A stretch of 59,818 nt of DNA from a virus (Duplodnaviria > Caudoviricetes). Positions 1-9,868 of this stretch are shown piece by piece. Below the pieces are notes generated by a model, which saw only the letters and a program-made list of their open reading frames with translations, did not search any database and had not been told where the DNA came from. Every line of letters begins with the position of its first letter. Position 1 is the stretch's first letter. Position numbers and translations under genes: made by a program. The stretch is from IMG/VR virus record IMGVR_UViG_3300020400_000007, positions 1 to 59,818 of that record; one strand, 5' to 3'.

Positions 1-102
1 CATTAGTGCTTCTCTTTTACGTGCGAACCACGGGTGTACATGACGCATTATTACAAAGCCTTCATTTAACACCATTACCATAAAACCTATCCAAAAAATC
101 AT
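1..102 (-). CDS. Small hydrophobic hypothetical protein, 5' part only (runs off window start)
   Basis: ATG at 102, directly after the stop of the radical SAM gene at 104. Reads MIFWIGFMVMVLNEGFVIMRHVHPWFARKREALM with no stop. Not in the ORF track. Confidence 0.6.
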   Translation of the reverse strand, partial: MIFWIGFMVMVLNEGFVIMRHVHPWFARKREALM

Positions 103-103
103 C

Positions 104-1096
104 TTAGGTCCTTTCTACAAATTGTTCGTTTAACTTATCAAAAGTGCCACATTGTCTGGAACATTCTCTTAGTCCTCCAGAATCCCAACAACCTGCTATG
201 CGATCAAAATAACCACTAGCAAAAATATCTTTTAAACCTGTATGGTTTAAGTTTGGCCATATTTTAATTTTTGTCAAATAGTCTATGCGACTTTCATGAC
301 TTGGTGGATAAAACTGTTGATCCAACCAACAACAAGGCGTAACTGTACCTAACGCACTTACATACATCATACTATCCTTAACTGCTTTGCAATTAATTTT
401 AGGAAGATGTTCTTCCTGCGATTGTTTTACTTTGCCCATCATTTCTCTGCTTTTGTCTGTGGGAAACAAAGTGTCTATTTGTTGTCCTTGTTCATTTAGA
501 ACTCTAAACTTACCATCTCTAAAACGTGTGGTATGTTTAACACTAAAATTTGTCATGCCTAAACGTTGGGACAATTCTCTGCAACTTTCTACTTGATGTT
601 CATTGTGTTCAAATACTAACATATCCCATCTAGCACTTCCGCCTGCGTCTACAAAAGTCATAACGTTGTGTATAATTTTGTTCCAATCAGTATTAATTCT
701 ATATCGTGAATGGGTATCTGCTAATCCGTCTATTGCAAATACAACATTTACATTTAATTTTGCAAGTTCCTTCCACCATTTATCTGTGCGTCCACTTCCG
801 TTTGTGTGCATTTGTAATCCCATGACAGGATTTGTTTCACGCAAGTATTGTAAAATTGGTACCGTATCTTTTGCTACAATAGGATCTCCTAAATTACCAC
901 ACATTCCTAAATGGTTAAGTTGTTTTATAAAATCTATATCAAACCATTCCATAAATTTGTCTACTGTAATCTCGTCCAAGCCCATGTAAGGATTTAATGG
1001 ACCTCCATTCTCTCTTCTAGCACACATAGGACATTTGGCCTGACATCTACTGGTCACTTCTAAATGTATTGCTCTTATGTCTGCTAACTTGTACAT
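104..1096 (-). CDS. Radical SAM protein with C-terminal SPASM/twitch-like Cys cluster
   Basis: CxxxCxxC motif CQAKCPMC, GNLGDP, HTNG, IDG; C-terminal C...PCC...CSRQC. Confidence 0.9.
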   Translation of the reverse strand: MYKLADIRAIHLEVTSRCQAKCPMCARRENGGPLNPYMGLDEITVDKFMEWFDIDFIKQLNHLGMCGNLGDPIVAKDTVPILQYLRETNPVMGLQMHTNGSGRTDKWWKELAKLNVNVVFAIDGLADTHSRYRINTDWNKIIHNVMTFVDAGGSARWDMLVFEHNEHQVESCRELSQRLGMTNFSVKHTTRFRDGKFRVLNEQGQQIDTLFPTDKSREMMGKVKQSQEEHLPKINCKAVKDSMMYVSALGTVTPCCWLDQQFYPPSHESRIDYLTKIKIWPNLNHTGLKDIFASGYFDRIAGCWDSGGLRECSRQCGTFDKLNEQFVERT

Positions 1097-1713
1097 TACT
1101 TTTGATTAAACTTTCTCATTGTTGCTTCTATTGTTTGACTATTGACTGCAACATTAACAACAAGCCAATAGCTTGGTGTAAAACTAGTGTTGAACAAATA
1201 GTGCATTTTTAAAGTATCTAAGAAATACATTCTACCTATGTCCCAATGTAATTGTTGTCCGTCAAGTATAAAATTAAACTGTGGAGGATTTACATTACGC
1301 AAAGGCATTATTAATCTAAAAGTATCTATAAGCTCTCCGCTATAATCCCAATCTCTGTGTGGTGGGAAAAATCCGCCAGGTCCAAATTTTAAAAAGTGTG
1401 TTCTATAATAATATCCTTCCCAAGGTTCTAAAATTTTGCTTATTTGATCATTGAACACTGGAGTAGGCACATTGAAATCTTTTTCACTCCATGTTGTACC
1501 ATGCTCCTTGTTGTATTCATACAAACTGTCTAAGTCAATGCCGTTAAATGTACCGTCTGAAGTTGTTACACTTAATCCATAACGATTTACATCTTTACGT
1601 GGATTATATTTTTGCCATTCAAAGGTATCGATCCAACTAATCAGCTTGTGAGCGTCTGTTGTAACTTCTAATTCTACTTGATTACCGTATTGGCTTAAAT
1701 CTCTATAGTCCAT
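1096..1713 (-). CDS. 2OG-Fe(II) oxygenase, Asp/Asn beta-hydroxylase-like cupin
   Basis: PGGFFPPHRD (HxD) plus distal H in DTLKMHYLFN; translationally coupled to neighbours. Confidence 0.7.
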   Translation of the reverse strand: MDYRDLSQYGNQVELEVTTDAHKLISWIDTFEWQKYNPRKDVNRYGLSVTTSDGTFNGIDLDSLYEYNKEHGTTWSEKDFNVPTPVFNDQISKILEPWEGYYYRTHFLKFGPGGFFPPHRDWDYSGELIDTFRLIMPLRNVNPPQFNFILDGQQLHWDIGRMYFLDTLKMHYLFNTSFTPSYWLVVNVAVNSQTIEATMRKFNQK

Positions 1714-1714
1714 G

Positions 1715-2680
1715 CTAATTACTTATCGTCCTTTCTTTTGGTATTTTGCTGTCTGCACTACTAACACAGGTTGGTGTAACGCACGGCATTGGTGCTTTAA
1801 ACAGCTCAAATCCGTCTTGTAACGTGCCTAACGGTTCGTCATGGCAACTATAACTGCGTTTTACTTCTCCACCTGGTTCTCGTATAATACAGCTCTGGTA
1901 TCCTGACCAACAATTCCAACCTTTGAACTTGTTGAATCCAAAAGCATTTAATCTTTCAGCTTGGTCCAACCAGTAAGTTACTCCATCATCATCTTGTAAT
2001 TGTATTTGCGGATCTGGTTGTTGGTTTTGTTGCTGTAACATTTCAACCTGCTTCTCCGTGTAACCATGTACAACAAAAGAGGCAGTAGGATCAGACTGAG
2101 GCTTAAGAGTAACATGAAGTCCCATGTCCATAAATCGTTTACTTCTATCATAATATTCATCCCAATGTTGCGGTACCATAACTTGATTAATAGTTATTAG
2201 TACTCCTTCTTCTTGTAAAAACAATAATTTTTTTGCAAAATCCTTTTCATTGGCAAATTCAGCATGATAACTTGCAGTGATGCTTCTTCTATCCATCACC
2301 AACGTTGCATTAAGCCAACGATGCCACCACTTCATGCCTGGACTGCAATTACTTGTCATATGTATGCTTAGATATTCGCTTTCATAATCTTCAACGTGTG
2401 CTACAAGATCTAAAAACTTTTTATAAGCTGTTGGTTCTCCTCCACTAAAACTAAAATGAAATTTGTCAAAGCCATTTTCTCGCGACTGACGTTTTATTTC
2501 ATCTACTGCTTTTGTATAAACTTCGAATGGTCTGTGATCTACTGTACTGCTTCTTGCATAAGGCCAACAGTAACTACAATTATAATTACAGAAACGCCCA
2601 AGGATCCAGGACACGGAAAACAATTTGTTATCCAACATATTTTTATGTCCAACCTTAGTTATTTTATCAAATGGTATCAT
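1715..2680 (-). CDS. Radical SAM protein (MoaA/twitch-like)
   Basis: CNYNCSYC, SFSGGEPT, C-terminal CWSG...SC...PC...C. Start moved to ATG 2680 (MIPFDK), which overlaps the upstream stop. Confidence 0.88.
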   Translation of the reverse strand: MIPFDKITKVGHKNMLDNKLFSVSWILGRFCNYNCSYCWPYARSSTVDHRPFEVYTKAVDEIKRQSRENGFDKFHFSFSGGEPTAYKKFLDLVAHVEDYESEYLSIHMTSNCSPGMKWWHRWLNATLVMDRRSITASYHAEFANEKDFAKKLLFLQEEGVLITINQVMVPQHWDEYYDRSKRFMDMGLHVTLKPQSDPTASFVVHGYTEKQVEMLQQQNQQPDPQIQLQDDDGVTYWLDQAERLNAFGFNKFKGWNCWSGYQSCIIREPGGEVKRSYSCHDEPLGTLQDGFELFKAPMPCVTPTCVSSADSKIPKERTISN

Positions 2681-3362
2681 ACATCTCATCCATATGGAAA
2701 CGTTCCTGTAACCAATCAAAGTCGTTTATTTTTGCTAGTAAGCTAGGCTCAGTCCTATTACTAGTACCGTAGTCACGCCCACTCCTAGCGCCAAGGATAC
2801 AAAATCTACCGAACTGTCTTTCAGCACCCTTTGTACACCATGTTTCAAGTCTGCTATTAGTTTCCTCATTGATTTGTCCTTTTATTAATTTACTTGATAG
2901 TTTTACACATTCTCTAAACGCACTTTTCCAAGTGCTAAACTCATCTGTGTTAAAGTTTGTTATGTTACTCACGTCTGGCATAGCCTTAAACCTATCGGAT
3001 ATAGATGTTGTCATATCACTGCTGGATACATTTACGTTCATGGTAAGTCTTCTTGGTAGGAGTTTCACACCACCATAACCGTATACTAGATCATTGATAG
3101 GATTTCGGCTACGCCAAACATGGACACAATCTAAATCGTAATCGCTTACTTTGTGATCTAGATTGAATTCTGGTAACAAGTCAGCATCACCATCTATGAC
3201 CCAAAACATTTTTGTTGAACATTTTTTGGCCGCAGTGATGTGAGCTTGATGAATGCCTTTGACACCGTGTACTCTTTTGGCACGTGGAAATCTTTCCACT
3301 AATTTGCTGTACCTTTGATCGGCGTCTGGCTCATTATAACTTATAAAACATATATCATACAT
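2667..3362 (-). CDS. Glycosyltransferase-like protein (GT-A fold), paralog of 8975..9868
   Basis: DICFISYNEP N-terminus, VIDGDAD (DxD), AFRECVKL; clear similarity to 8975..9868. Confidence 0.6.
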   Translation of the reverse strand: MYDICFISYNEPDADQRYSKLVERFPRAKRVHGVKGIHQAHITAAKKCSTKMFWVIDGDADLLPEFNLDHKVSDYDLDCVHVWRSRNPINDLVYGYGGVKLLPRRLTMNVNVSSSDMTTSISDRFKAMPDVSNITNFNTDEFSTWKSAFRECVKLSSKLIKGQINEETNSRLETWCTKGAERQFGRFCILGARSGRDYGTSNRTEPSLLAKINDFDWLQERFHMDEMYDTI

Positions 3363-4248
3363 AACGTTCTATTTCTTCTGCTAATAATTTGTGAATATGT
3401 CTATTAGGGTGACAGTTATCAGGAAAGTCCTTGTGTGCCTGCATAGTTTCTATTGTCTTTTCATATTCATCAACTATTTTTTTAAATTCTGTTTCTTTGA
3501 CATCAATTGGTAAATTCTTTTGTAAAAATTTTGTAGCACTTGAATCTGCAAGATCTGGTCTTGCTCTACGCAATAAATTAATAGTTGGCCAACTGCTCAT
3601 TAAAGGAATATCGTGACCTAACAATTTAGACATCCAATCCTTGTGTATGTGTTTGATAAATGTGTAGTTTGATACATCAGGACACTTGCCCCAACCCTCT
3701 ATAATTATCCATGGTATTTTAGTTTCATCGTAGATTTTTTGAGCACCGTCAAACACAATTTTAAGCAACCTGTCATTAAGATCTTTTATGCCTGTTGCTT
3801 GTTGTACTGCTTCATCTCTTTGTATATAATATTTTTCTAAATCCTTGAGTCCTGCTTCTGCTGGCCAACGTGGTGGACCTAAATCACGCACAGGTTCAGT
3901 GAGCATGAAAATTATTACGTCTGGATTATAAAATACAGGACTTGTAAAAGGAGGTGCAAGTCCAAGTGCTTCTTCAACTTTGAATATTGCTTCTGTGTTA
4001 GTGCCACCACCTATACTGTAATTAACAGTACAGTGACCTTTCAAATCTAAATAATATCCAAAGCCAGGCCATACAACATTAAAAGGTTTTGCATGAGGCT
4101 CATGTGTGTATTGTTCTTTGTTGTAAGGTCTAAATATTTCAGGATCGTCATTATTTGCACAGGCAGGTCCAGGTACCACAGTACCCCATTCTCCTAAACT
4201 GTTGCTGTCACCACAAATTAAAACTTTTTTCTTATCTTGTGTTTCCAT
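3355..4248 (-). CDS. SGNH/GDSL-family hydrolase or acyltransferase
   Basis: Block I ICGDSNS, block II SIGGGTN, block V DNCHPN (DxxH). Confidence 0.7.
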   Translation of the reverse strand: METQDKKKVLICGDSNSLGEWGTVVPGPACANNDDPEIFRPYNKEQYTHEPHAKPFNVVWPGFGYYLDLKGHCTVNYSIGGGTNTEAIFKVEEALGLAPPFTSPVFYNPDVIIFMLTEPVRDLGPPRWPAEAGLKDLEKYYIQRDEAVQQATGIKDLNDRLLKIVFDGAQKIYDETKIPWIIIEGWGKCPDVSNYTFIKHIHKDWMSKLLGHDIPLMSSWPTINLLRRARPDLADSSATKFLQKNLPIDVKETEFKKIVDEYEKTIETMQAHKDFPDNCHPNRHIHKLLAEEIERYV

Positions 4249-5404
4249 AATGTATAACTTTGTATTTGTCAGATTTAAATTTACGCCAAGGATCTACAAC
4301 AATACTTTCTTCATTCAAGTAGCAATAAAGTTCAGGGTGTGCTAATAAAACTACTGCACTAAAAGGACCACGTTGCGGACTTGCTAACGGGTCTACTTCA
4401 ATACAATGATAACCTAACTCTTTACAATAGTGTCCTACTAACAAACTGTAACTTCCGTCTTTGTATGGAACTTCTGGTTTGTATGCAATACCATTTAGCA
4501 AAATAGGTAAATTATTTTCTTCAGCTAATTTGACTAGATACTTTGCTAAATTTTTTGCCTGTACTTCACGTGCATTCATTATTGCATCAAATATATCATA
4601 TTGTAGATTCAGCTTTTGTGCCATCCAACGCAAAGCTATATTATCTCTTGGGTGACAGGCTCCGCCATCGCCCATTCCTGCTGTCATATATTTTTTACTG
4701 ATAATTCTTTGTTTGCTATCGGCTAATGCTTTTGTTACTACATCTACATTTATGTTGCCTTGTTTTTCTGCAACGTCTTGTATCATATTAACAAAACCTA
4801 TTTTCATACTAATGAACGTGTTGTAAAATATTTTAATACATTCACACTCGTCCCAAGTACCTACTTCATACCTTGGATTGTTTTCCATGACTGACTTGTA
4901 AAATTCAATCAATTGTTTTGCATCTCCGGTAGTAGAGCCGTCTTCAGTACCAACCATAATCATTTCAGGATTAACCATATCCCATGCTACTGTTCCCATT
5001 GCTATTAAGTATGGATTATAAACAAATCTACTGTTGTGTATTAAAGGAACAAATTCACGTCTTGTTGTTCCAGGCAATACAGTTGATATTAAAACCAACA
5101 ACTGGTCTTTGTTCATGTGTTTGTCTGCTTCACGCAAAACACTAATCACAGTATCATAAGAAAAATCTTTTGGTTCAAGATGAGCAGTAGGACTAGCACC
5201 GTCATAGTCAGGGTGATGTGGTGTTGGCACAGCAACAAAAACAATGTCTCTGTTTTCTACAGATTCTTTAATTGTTTGTTTAACTTGAATTAAATCGCTG
5301 TGAACATCCACAACATCATATCCAGTGACGTCGTGTCCTTTTTTCGCAACTGCTTCGGCACATGGCAAACCTAGTTTACCAAGGCCAATAAAACTTATCT
5401 TCAC
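4232..5404 (-). CDS. ugd: UDP-glucose/GDP-mannose 6-dehydrogenase
   Basis: Rossmann GLGKLGLP, VAVPTP, STVLPGTT, catalytic GGACHPRD, GIAYKP; GTG start with GGAG RBS. Confidence 0.93.
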   Translation of the reverse strand: MKISFIGLGKLGLPCAEAVAKKGHDVTGYDVVDVHSDLIQVKQTIKESVENRDIVFVAVPTPHHPDYDGASPTAHLEPKDFSYDTVISVLREADKHMNKDQLLVLISTVLPGTTRREFVPLIHNSRFVYNPYLIAMGTVAWDMVNPEMIMVGTEDGSTTGDAKQLIEFYKSVMENNPRYEVGTWDECECIKIFYNTFISMKIGFVNMIQDVAEKQGNINVDVVTKALADSKQRIISKKYMTAGMGDGGACHPRDNIALRWMAQKLNLQYDIFDAIMNAREVQAKNLAKYLVKLAEENNLPILLNGIAYKPEVPYKDGSYSLLVGHYCKELGYHCIEVDPLASPQRGPFSAVVLLAHPELYCYLNEESIVVDPWRKFKSDKYKVIHYGNTR

Positions 5405-5430
5405 ACTAATCTCCTACCATCAAATGCGTC

Positions 5431-5452
5431 TATAAATATAGTAGTATTTATT
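5431..5452. promoter_or_regulatory. Interdigitated divergent T4-type late promoters
   Basis: TATAAATA at 5431-5438 (+, toward 5465) and AATAAATA at 5452-5445 (-, toward ugd). Confidence 0.65.
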
Positions 5453-5464
5453 GGAAATAATCTT

Positions 5465-6760
5465 ATGAAACGTATTCGCGGCTTTTTGAAATTTAACCCC
5501 TATCTGCAGGACCCTACATATACGCAGACTACGGTGCAATTACAAGAGGCATTTCGCCAAAATAATATAAAAGAAGACGATATCACTATAATGAGTGGAT
5601 TGATAAAATATCCACGCAGTTGGAGTGGCTGTGATCTATGGGGTTATGTTGATGACCATTACCAAAAACAATTCATGGAAGACAAAAACATTTTCTTTTT
5701 GTTTGACGCAAGTACAGAAGGATTTAGCACAATATATGATCAACCTTGGTTTGAAGTGCTGTACAAAATGGCAGACAAGTACGACATAGATCCACAAAGG
5801 ATATTGTTTGTGTCTAGCAATATGAAAGATAATGAAAACATCATAAGATACAACATGAATCAAAAACGTGATAGATCAATAAATGTTTTTACATATCTAA
5901 ATTTTGAACAACAGATACTAGGAGTGTCTGGACAGAATGAAGTATTTTTACACGACAGTTTGCCATTGAAAAAGAAAATAAATCGCAGATTAAAAAATGC
6001 AAAAAGAAGCACGGCAGAAAAATACAAGGATAAACAGTACGGCAAGATAGGTTTAAGTTTAAGTAGGATCAATAGACCACACAGAACTTTCAGCACCATG
6101 GATATATTCAACAGCAAATATTTCAAGGACATGATGGTTAGTCATGCTAAACTAAAAGATGATGTCAATCTTAGTTTTTATATGTCACATCAACCTTTTG
6201 CAAATGCAGGCACAACAATAGAAGAACTTAAAATGTTTAAAAATCAATTGCCTTTAATTGTTGACACAGAAGATTTTAATACAAATCATGCACTTGCATT
6301 ACACAATGATCTAAATGATTCAACACTATTCCAAATAGTAAACGAAACACACGCCAATGATTGGCAAGGTACAAGTTTGTTTTACAGCGAAAAAACATTT
6401 AGAAGTGTTTACAATATGCAACCTTTTGTGATATGGGGACAGACAGGAGTAAACAAGAAACTTGCAGACTACGGATACAAAACATATGAAGATTGGTTTG
6501 ATCTAAGTTTTGACGAAATAAAAGATCCAGCCAAAAGATGGAGAGCTTTGTGGAGTGAATGTTGTAAACAAATAGATCACATTAGGAACATGGATACAGT
6601 TGAACAACAAATACAATGGAAATTTAAAAATGAAGCAGTTCTAAAACACAACTTTACAACACTATGTAATGGTAAGTATACTAAAGATACGTTCAAACAA
6701 ATGGCATTGACCATGAGAAATATAGCAGATGAAAAAACAATTAATACACCACACACCTAA
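5465..6760 (+). CDS. Hypothetical protein, possible GT10-like glycosyltransferase
   Basis: C-terminal IVNET...FYSEKTFR...QPFVIWG...GYKTY motif resembles the donor-binding (Y/F)xSEK motif of GT10-like enzymes; function inferred. Confidence 0.5.
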   Translation: MKRIRGFLKFNPYLQDPTYTQTTVQLQEAFRQNNIKEDDITIMSGLIKYPRSWSGCDLWGYVDDHYQKQFMEDKNIFFLFDASTEGFSTIYDQPWFEVLYKMADKYDIDPQRILFVSSNMKDNENIIRYNMNQKRDRSINVFTYLNFEQQILGVSGQNEVFLHDSLPLKKKINRRLKNAKRSTAEKYKDKQYGKIGLSLSRINRPHRTFSTMDIFNSKYFKDMMVSHAKLKDDVNLSFYMSHQPFANAGTTIEELKMFKNQLPLIVDTEDFNTNHALALHNDLNDSTLFQIVNETHANDWQGTSLFYSEKTFRSVYNMQPFVIWGQTGVNKKLADYGYKTYEDWFDLSFDEIKDPAKRWRALWSECCKQIDHIRNMDTVEQQIQWKFKNEAVLKHNFTTLCNGKYTKDTFKQMALTMRNIADEKTINTPHT

Positions 6761-7604
6761 AAGACTTTTTACGTTTGGTTGTAGTTTTACAGGATATAAC
6801 TGGGGTACATGGGCTAATGTACTTGCAAAAGAATTATCACCAATTGAATTTTATAACTGTGGTAGATCAGGTGCAGGTAATCATTATATTTTCAATACAC
6901 TGATGCAGGCAGACGAACTGTATGACTTTACTCATGAAGATTTAGTAATTGTACAATGGACCAATGTCAGCAGAGAAGATAGATACACTGATAGATGGGT
7001 AGTGCCTGGAAACATATATTCACAAAAAGAATATGATGTAGATTTTATACAAAAGTATTTTACAGAGTTTGGAGCATACTTACGTGATTATGCTTTTATA
7101 AAAGCGGCAAGACAAATGCTAAAACATAAAACACAATGGCATTTTATACAAATGCTAGATATAACTGCATACGCAGACCAATGGAGCATGGCTGACAAAA
7201 GAGGTGATGTTGAACTTGCTAAATTACATGGATTGTATGAAGAAACACTTGACACTTTATTGCCTAGTTTTTATGATGTGTTATACAGCAATAACTTAAA
7301 GAAAAAATTTAAACAAGACCAAAAAACTATTAATAGATATTTTAATGATGGACATCCTAATCCATTTGAACATTACGCATATTTAAAAGAAGTATTCAAG
7401 CACGATTGGAAAGATACAACTGATGCCGCAGTAAGTGATTGTTTTGCTAGTTGGAAAAAATTACTACAAGATGCATCAAGACCTTATCAAATTAGAAGAG
7501 AAAAATTTAATGTAAATTACATGAACGATCGTTGGATGAAAATGTTTTTCCACGAAACAATGATGTATCGTCCAATGCCTAAAGATCCAAGATTAATTTT
7601 GTAA
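6729..7604 (+). CDS. SGNH-like hydrolase or acyltransferase
   Basis: FGCSFT, NCGRSGAGN, IVQWT, DGHPN. Confidence 0.7.
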   Translation: MKKQLIHHTPKRLFTFGCSFTGYNWGTWANVLAKELSPIEFYNCGRSGAGNHYIFNTLMQADELYDFTHEDLVIVQWTNVSREDRYTDRWVVPGNIYSQKEYDVDFIQKYFTEFGAYLRDYAFIKAARQMLKHKTQWHFIQMLDITAYADQWSMADKRGDVELAKLHGLYEETLDTLLPSFYDVLYSNNLKKKFKQDQKTINRYFNDGHPNPFEHYAYLKEVFKHDWKDTTDAAVSDCFASWKKLLQDASRPYQIRREKFNVNYMNDRWMKMFFHETMMYRPMPKDPRLIL

Positions 7605-8975
7605 TACTGCACAATCGTTGTAAAATTTTTCCAGCTCAGGAAAAGTTTCAGGCAAACTACAATTTCTACGTTTATCAAATTCAGTAAACCAATTATAAAA
7701 ATCTTTATGGGCTTGTTTTAATTTAAATGGCTCATAGTGTGTTTTTGCCATATAGTCTACAACCCGTCTAAATTTTTCAACTTCTAAAGAACTAAACTTT
7801 GTTCTATCATTATTGTCCATGTTGCTTTCCATAAATTCTAAATGCTTATACATGAATGGCATAAACTTCTCTTTAGGCAATATGTTCATGTCGTATATAG
7901 TTGGTTCTTTAAGGTGTGGTGTATCAAATCGTATACGTTGCCATTGTGTAGCATTGGCATCGCTATTGTACTTCCTTCTCCATTCTAATATTTTCTCTAG
8001 CAATAAATGAAAACTAGTTACACTAAAAATATTAAATGTAATCATAAATGTTACAGGCCAGCCTGTGTTTGTTAGATAATAATCAAGATTCTTTTCCCAT
8101 AGATCTATATCTAATCCTGTCCTAGCATATTCGGCCTTTGGTCCCCAAGTGTCTATGCTTGTATACAATTTAAAACTACGAATCTTACCTTCAGACTTTA
8201 ATTTCTTAACAGTATCAGTTAATTTTTGTACCAACTTGGGCTTAACACCCATGTTGCTGTTAACTTCAATTTGTATTTGTGGTTTAGGATCCTTGTCTAA
8301 CTTTTCAAAAAGATCCCATAAACTTTTGTGCATTAGAGGTTCGCCTCCAGTGATACGCAATATGTTAAGTGTTTTGCTTACTTCTGGCCACCATTCCCAC
8401 CAAGCATCTATGTATGGATTGTCTTCTTCTCTTTTGTAAACCTTAAACCAATCAATGTCCTGTCTATGAACACTTGATTGTGCATATGGTCCATGTTGTT
8501 TTATTTCATTCCAAAATCTACTTGATGCTTTAGGGTGACAGTATCCGCACTTAAAATTACATTCATTACTAAAACTTATTTCTATGTATTCCGGATTGAC
8601 GTTAAAGTCTGCGGCCTTTGTTTTTATTTCTTCTAATCTTTCTTCTGTGTAAATGCTTGTAGTTTTAATATGTCTATCACTGACATAGTCTTTACCCATT
8701 GACTCAATGTTCCAACAGTAACTACAACCGTCTGGCTTATGACCGTCAAGCATCATTTTACGTTGTGCTTTCTTTTCTAATGTATTGTGCAAAGCACTTG
8801 GATTATTTTTTAATTCTTCTAACGGTATTTTATGTGGAGCAGGGTGATAACAACTATGTGTTTCACCTGTTGCTAGATAAATTGTTGTATGGTGCCATTT
8901 AGCCAAACAGAATGTTGGCGAGGTTTTATCCTCGATAAACGGCATCAACTGTTTTATTTTATCTAGTTCACTCAT
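7593..8975 (-). CDS. Radical SAM protein with N-terminal Cys/His cluster domain
   Basis: CNFKCGYC, ITGGEPL, TSID; N-terminal FCLAKWHH...HSCYHP...CSYCW. Confidence 0.9.
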   Translation of the reverse strand: MSELDKIKQLMPFIEDKTSPTFCLAKWHHTTIYLATGETHSCYHPAPHKIPLEELKNNPSALHNTLEKKAQRKMMLDGHKPDGCSYCWNIESMGKDYVSDRHIKTTSIYTEERLEEIKTKAADFNVNPEYIEISFSNECNFKCGYCHPKASSRFWNEIKQHGPYAQSSVHRQDIDWFKVYKREEDNPYIDAWWEWWPEVSKTLNILRITGGEPLMHKSLWDLFEKLDKDPKPQIQIEVNSNMGVKPKLVQKLTDTVKKLKSEGKIRSFKLYTSIDTWGPKAEYARTGLDIDLWEKNLDYYLTNTGWPVTFMITFNIFSVTSFHLLLEKILEWRRKYNSDANATQWQRIRFDTPHLKEPTIYDMNILPKEKFMPFMYKHLEFMESNMDNNDRTKFSSLEVEKFRRVVDYMAKTHYEPFKLKQAHKDFYNWFTEFDKRRNCSLPETFPELEKFYNDCAVLQN

Positions 8976-9868
8976 TAAACCTTTCTGCCAAGAACCCTTT
9001 CTGTGTTTATGTAAACTGTTTTGAAAAATTCACTTTGCTTTTCATCTAACGGTTCTTTACTTATAGGCAATTCAAGTTCTTGTAATTGTTGTCCAAGATG
9101 ACGTATGCGTTCAATAGCAGGTGACTCTTTAAAACATTTTTCTTCCCACAACTTGTTAAGTATTGTAAAATCTCTAGTTTGATTATGATCCCAATCTGTG
9201 CCTAAAACTTTATGACAACCTTCTCTTGCACCAAGAATAGCATATTCTCCATTCTTAACGTCCATTCCTACGTTCATCCATATCAATAATCTATGATAAT
9301 TTTGCCACCAAGTTTCGTTTGCAACGTCTTGTACTTTGGCTCCTCTGTTTAAGCTCATCTTTACGCCTTCTCTAAATCCAGCTCTCCAGGCTTGATGTGG
9401 TGTGCTATTGATGATGCTTTCACTAAAGTTTTCATTCATTTGGTAATAATTATCAAAATAACAAAATTCTATTTGTGTATCGTCATTGCCATCTGTGTTT
9501 TCATGTGTTTTCATATTTTTTACAAAGTCTTTAGTCCACATCTTTAAACTACCATTGCCATACTTTAATCCGTTGATGTTAATTTTGCCACACCAACTAA
9601 ACTGATAATCATCATCAACTCCTAGATCGTCCAAGTCTAAAACAACATTTAAGAATCTTGGATCAATAATAGTATCACCGTCAACTGTAACAAAGTGTTT
9701 TGTTTCTGATAAATCTGCACAGGCTTTGTGTGCCGCATCTGATCCTTCTACTCCATGTACACGTTTTGCCCATGGACATTTAGACACTAGATCTACATAG
9801 TTCTTTTCACAGTTAGGTTCATCATAACTTAAAAATATTATATCTTGTTCTGCAATATTAATCTTCAT
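8975..9868 (-). CDS. Glycosyltransferase-like protein (GT-A fold), paralog of 2667..3362
   Basis: DIIFLSYDEP, AKRVHGVEG, VTVDGDT, AGFREGVKM. Confidence 0.6.
   Translation of the reverse strand: MKINIAEQDIIFLSYDEPNCEKNYVDLVSKCPWAKRVHGVEGSDAAHKACADLSETKHFVTVDGDTIIDPRFLNVVLDLDDLGVDDDYQFSWCGKININGLKYGNGSLKMWTKDFVKNMKTHENTDGNDDTQIEFCYFDNYYQMNENFSESIINSTPHQAWRAGFREGVKMSLNRGAKVQDVANETWWQNYHRLLIWMNVGMDVKNGEYAILGAREGCHKVLGTDWDHNQTRDFTILNKLWEEKCFKESPAIERIRHLGQQLQELELPISKEPLDEKQSEFFKTVYINTERVLGRKV

Noticed and set aside
1715-2680. Viperin-like antiviral enzyme
   Set aside because: It shares only generic CNYxCxxC/SGGEP motifs. It lacks the viperin N(Y/F)H motif before the Cys triad and has a twitch-like C-terminus.
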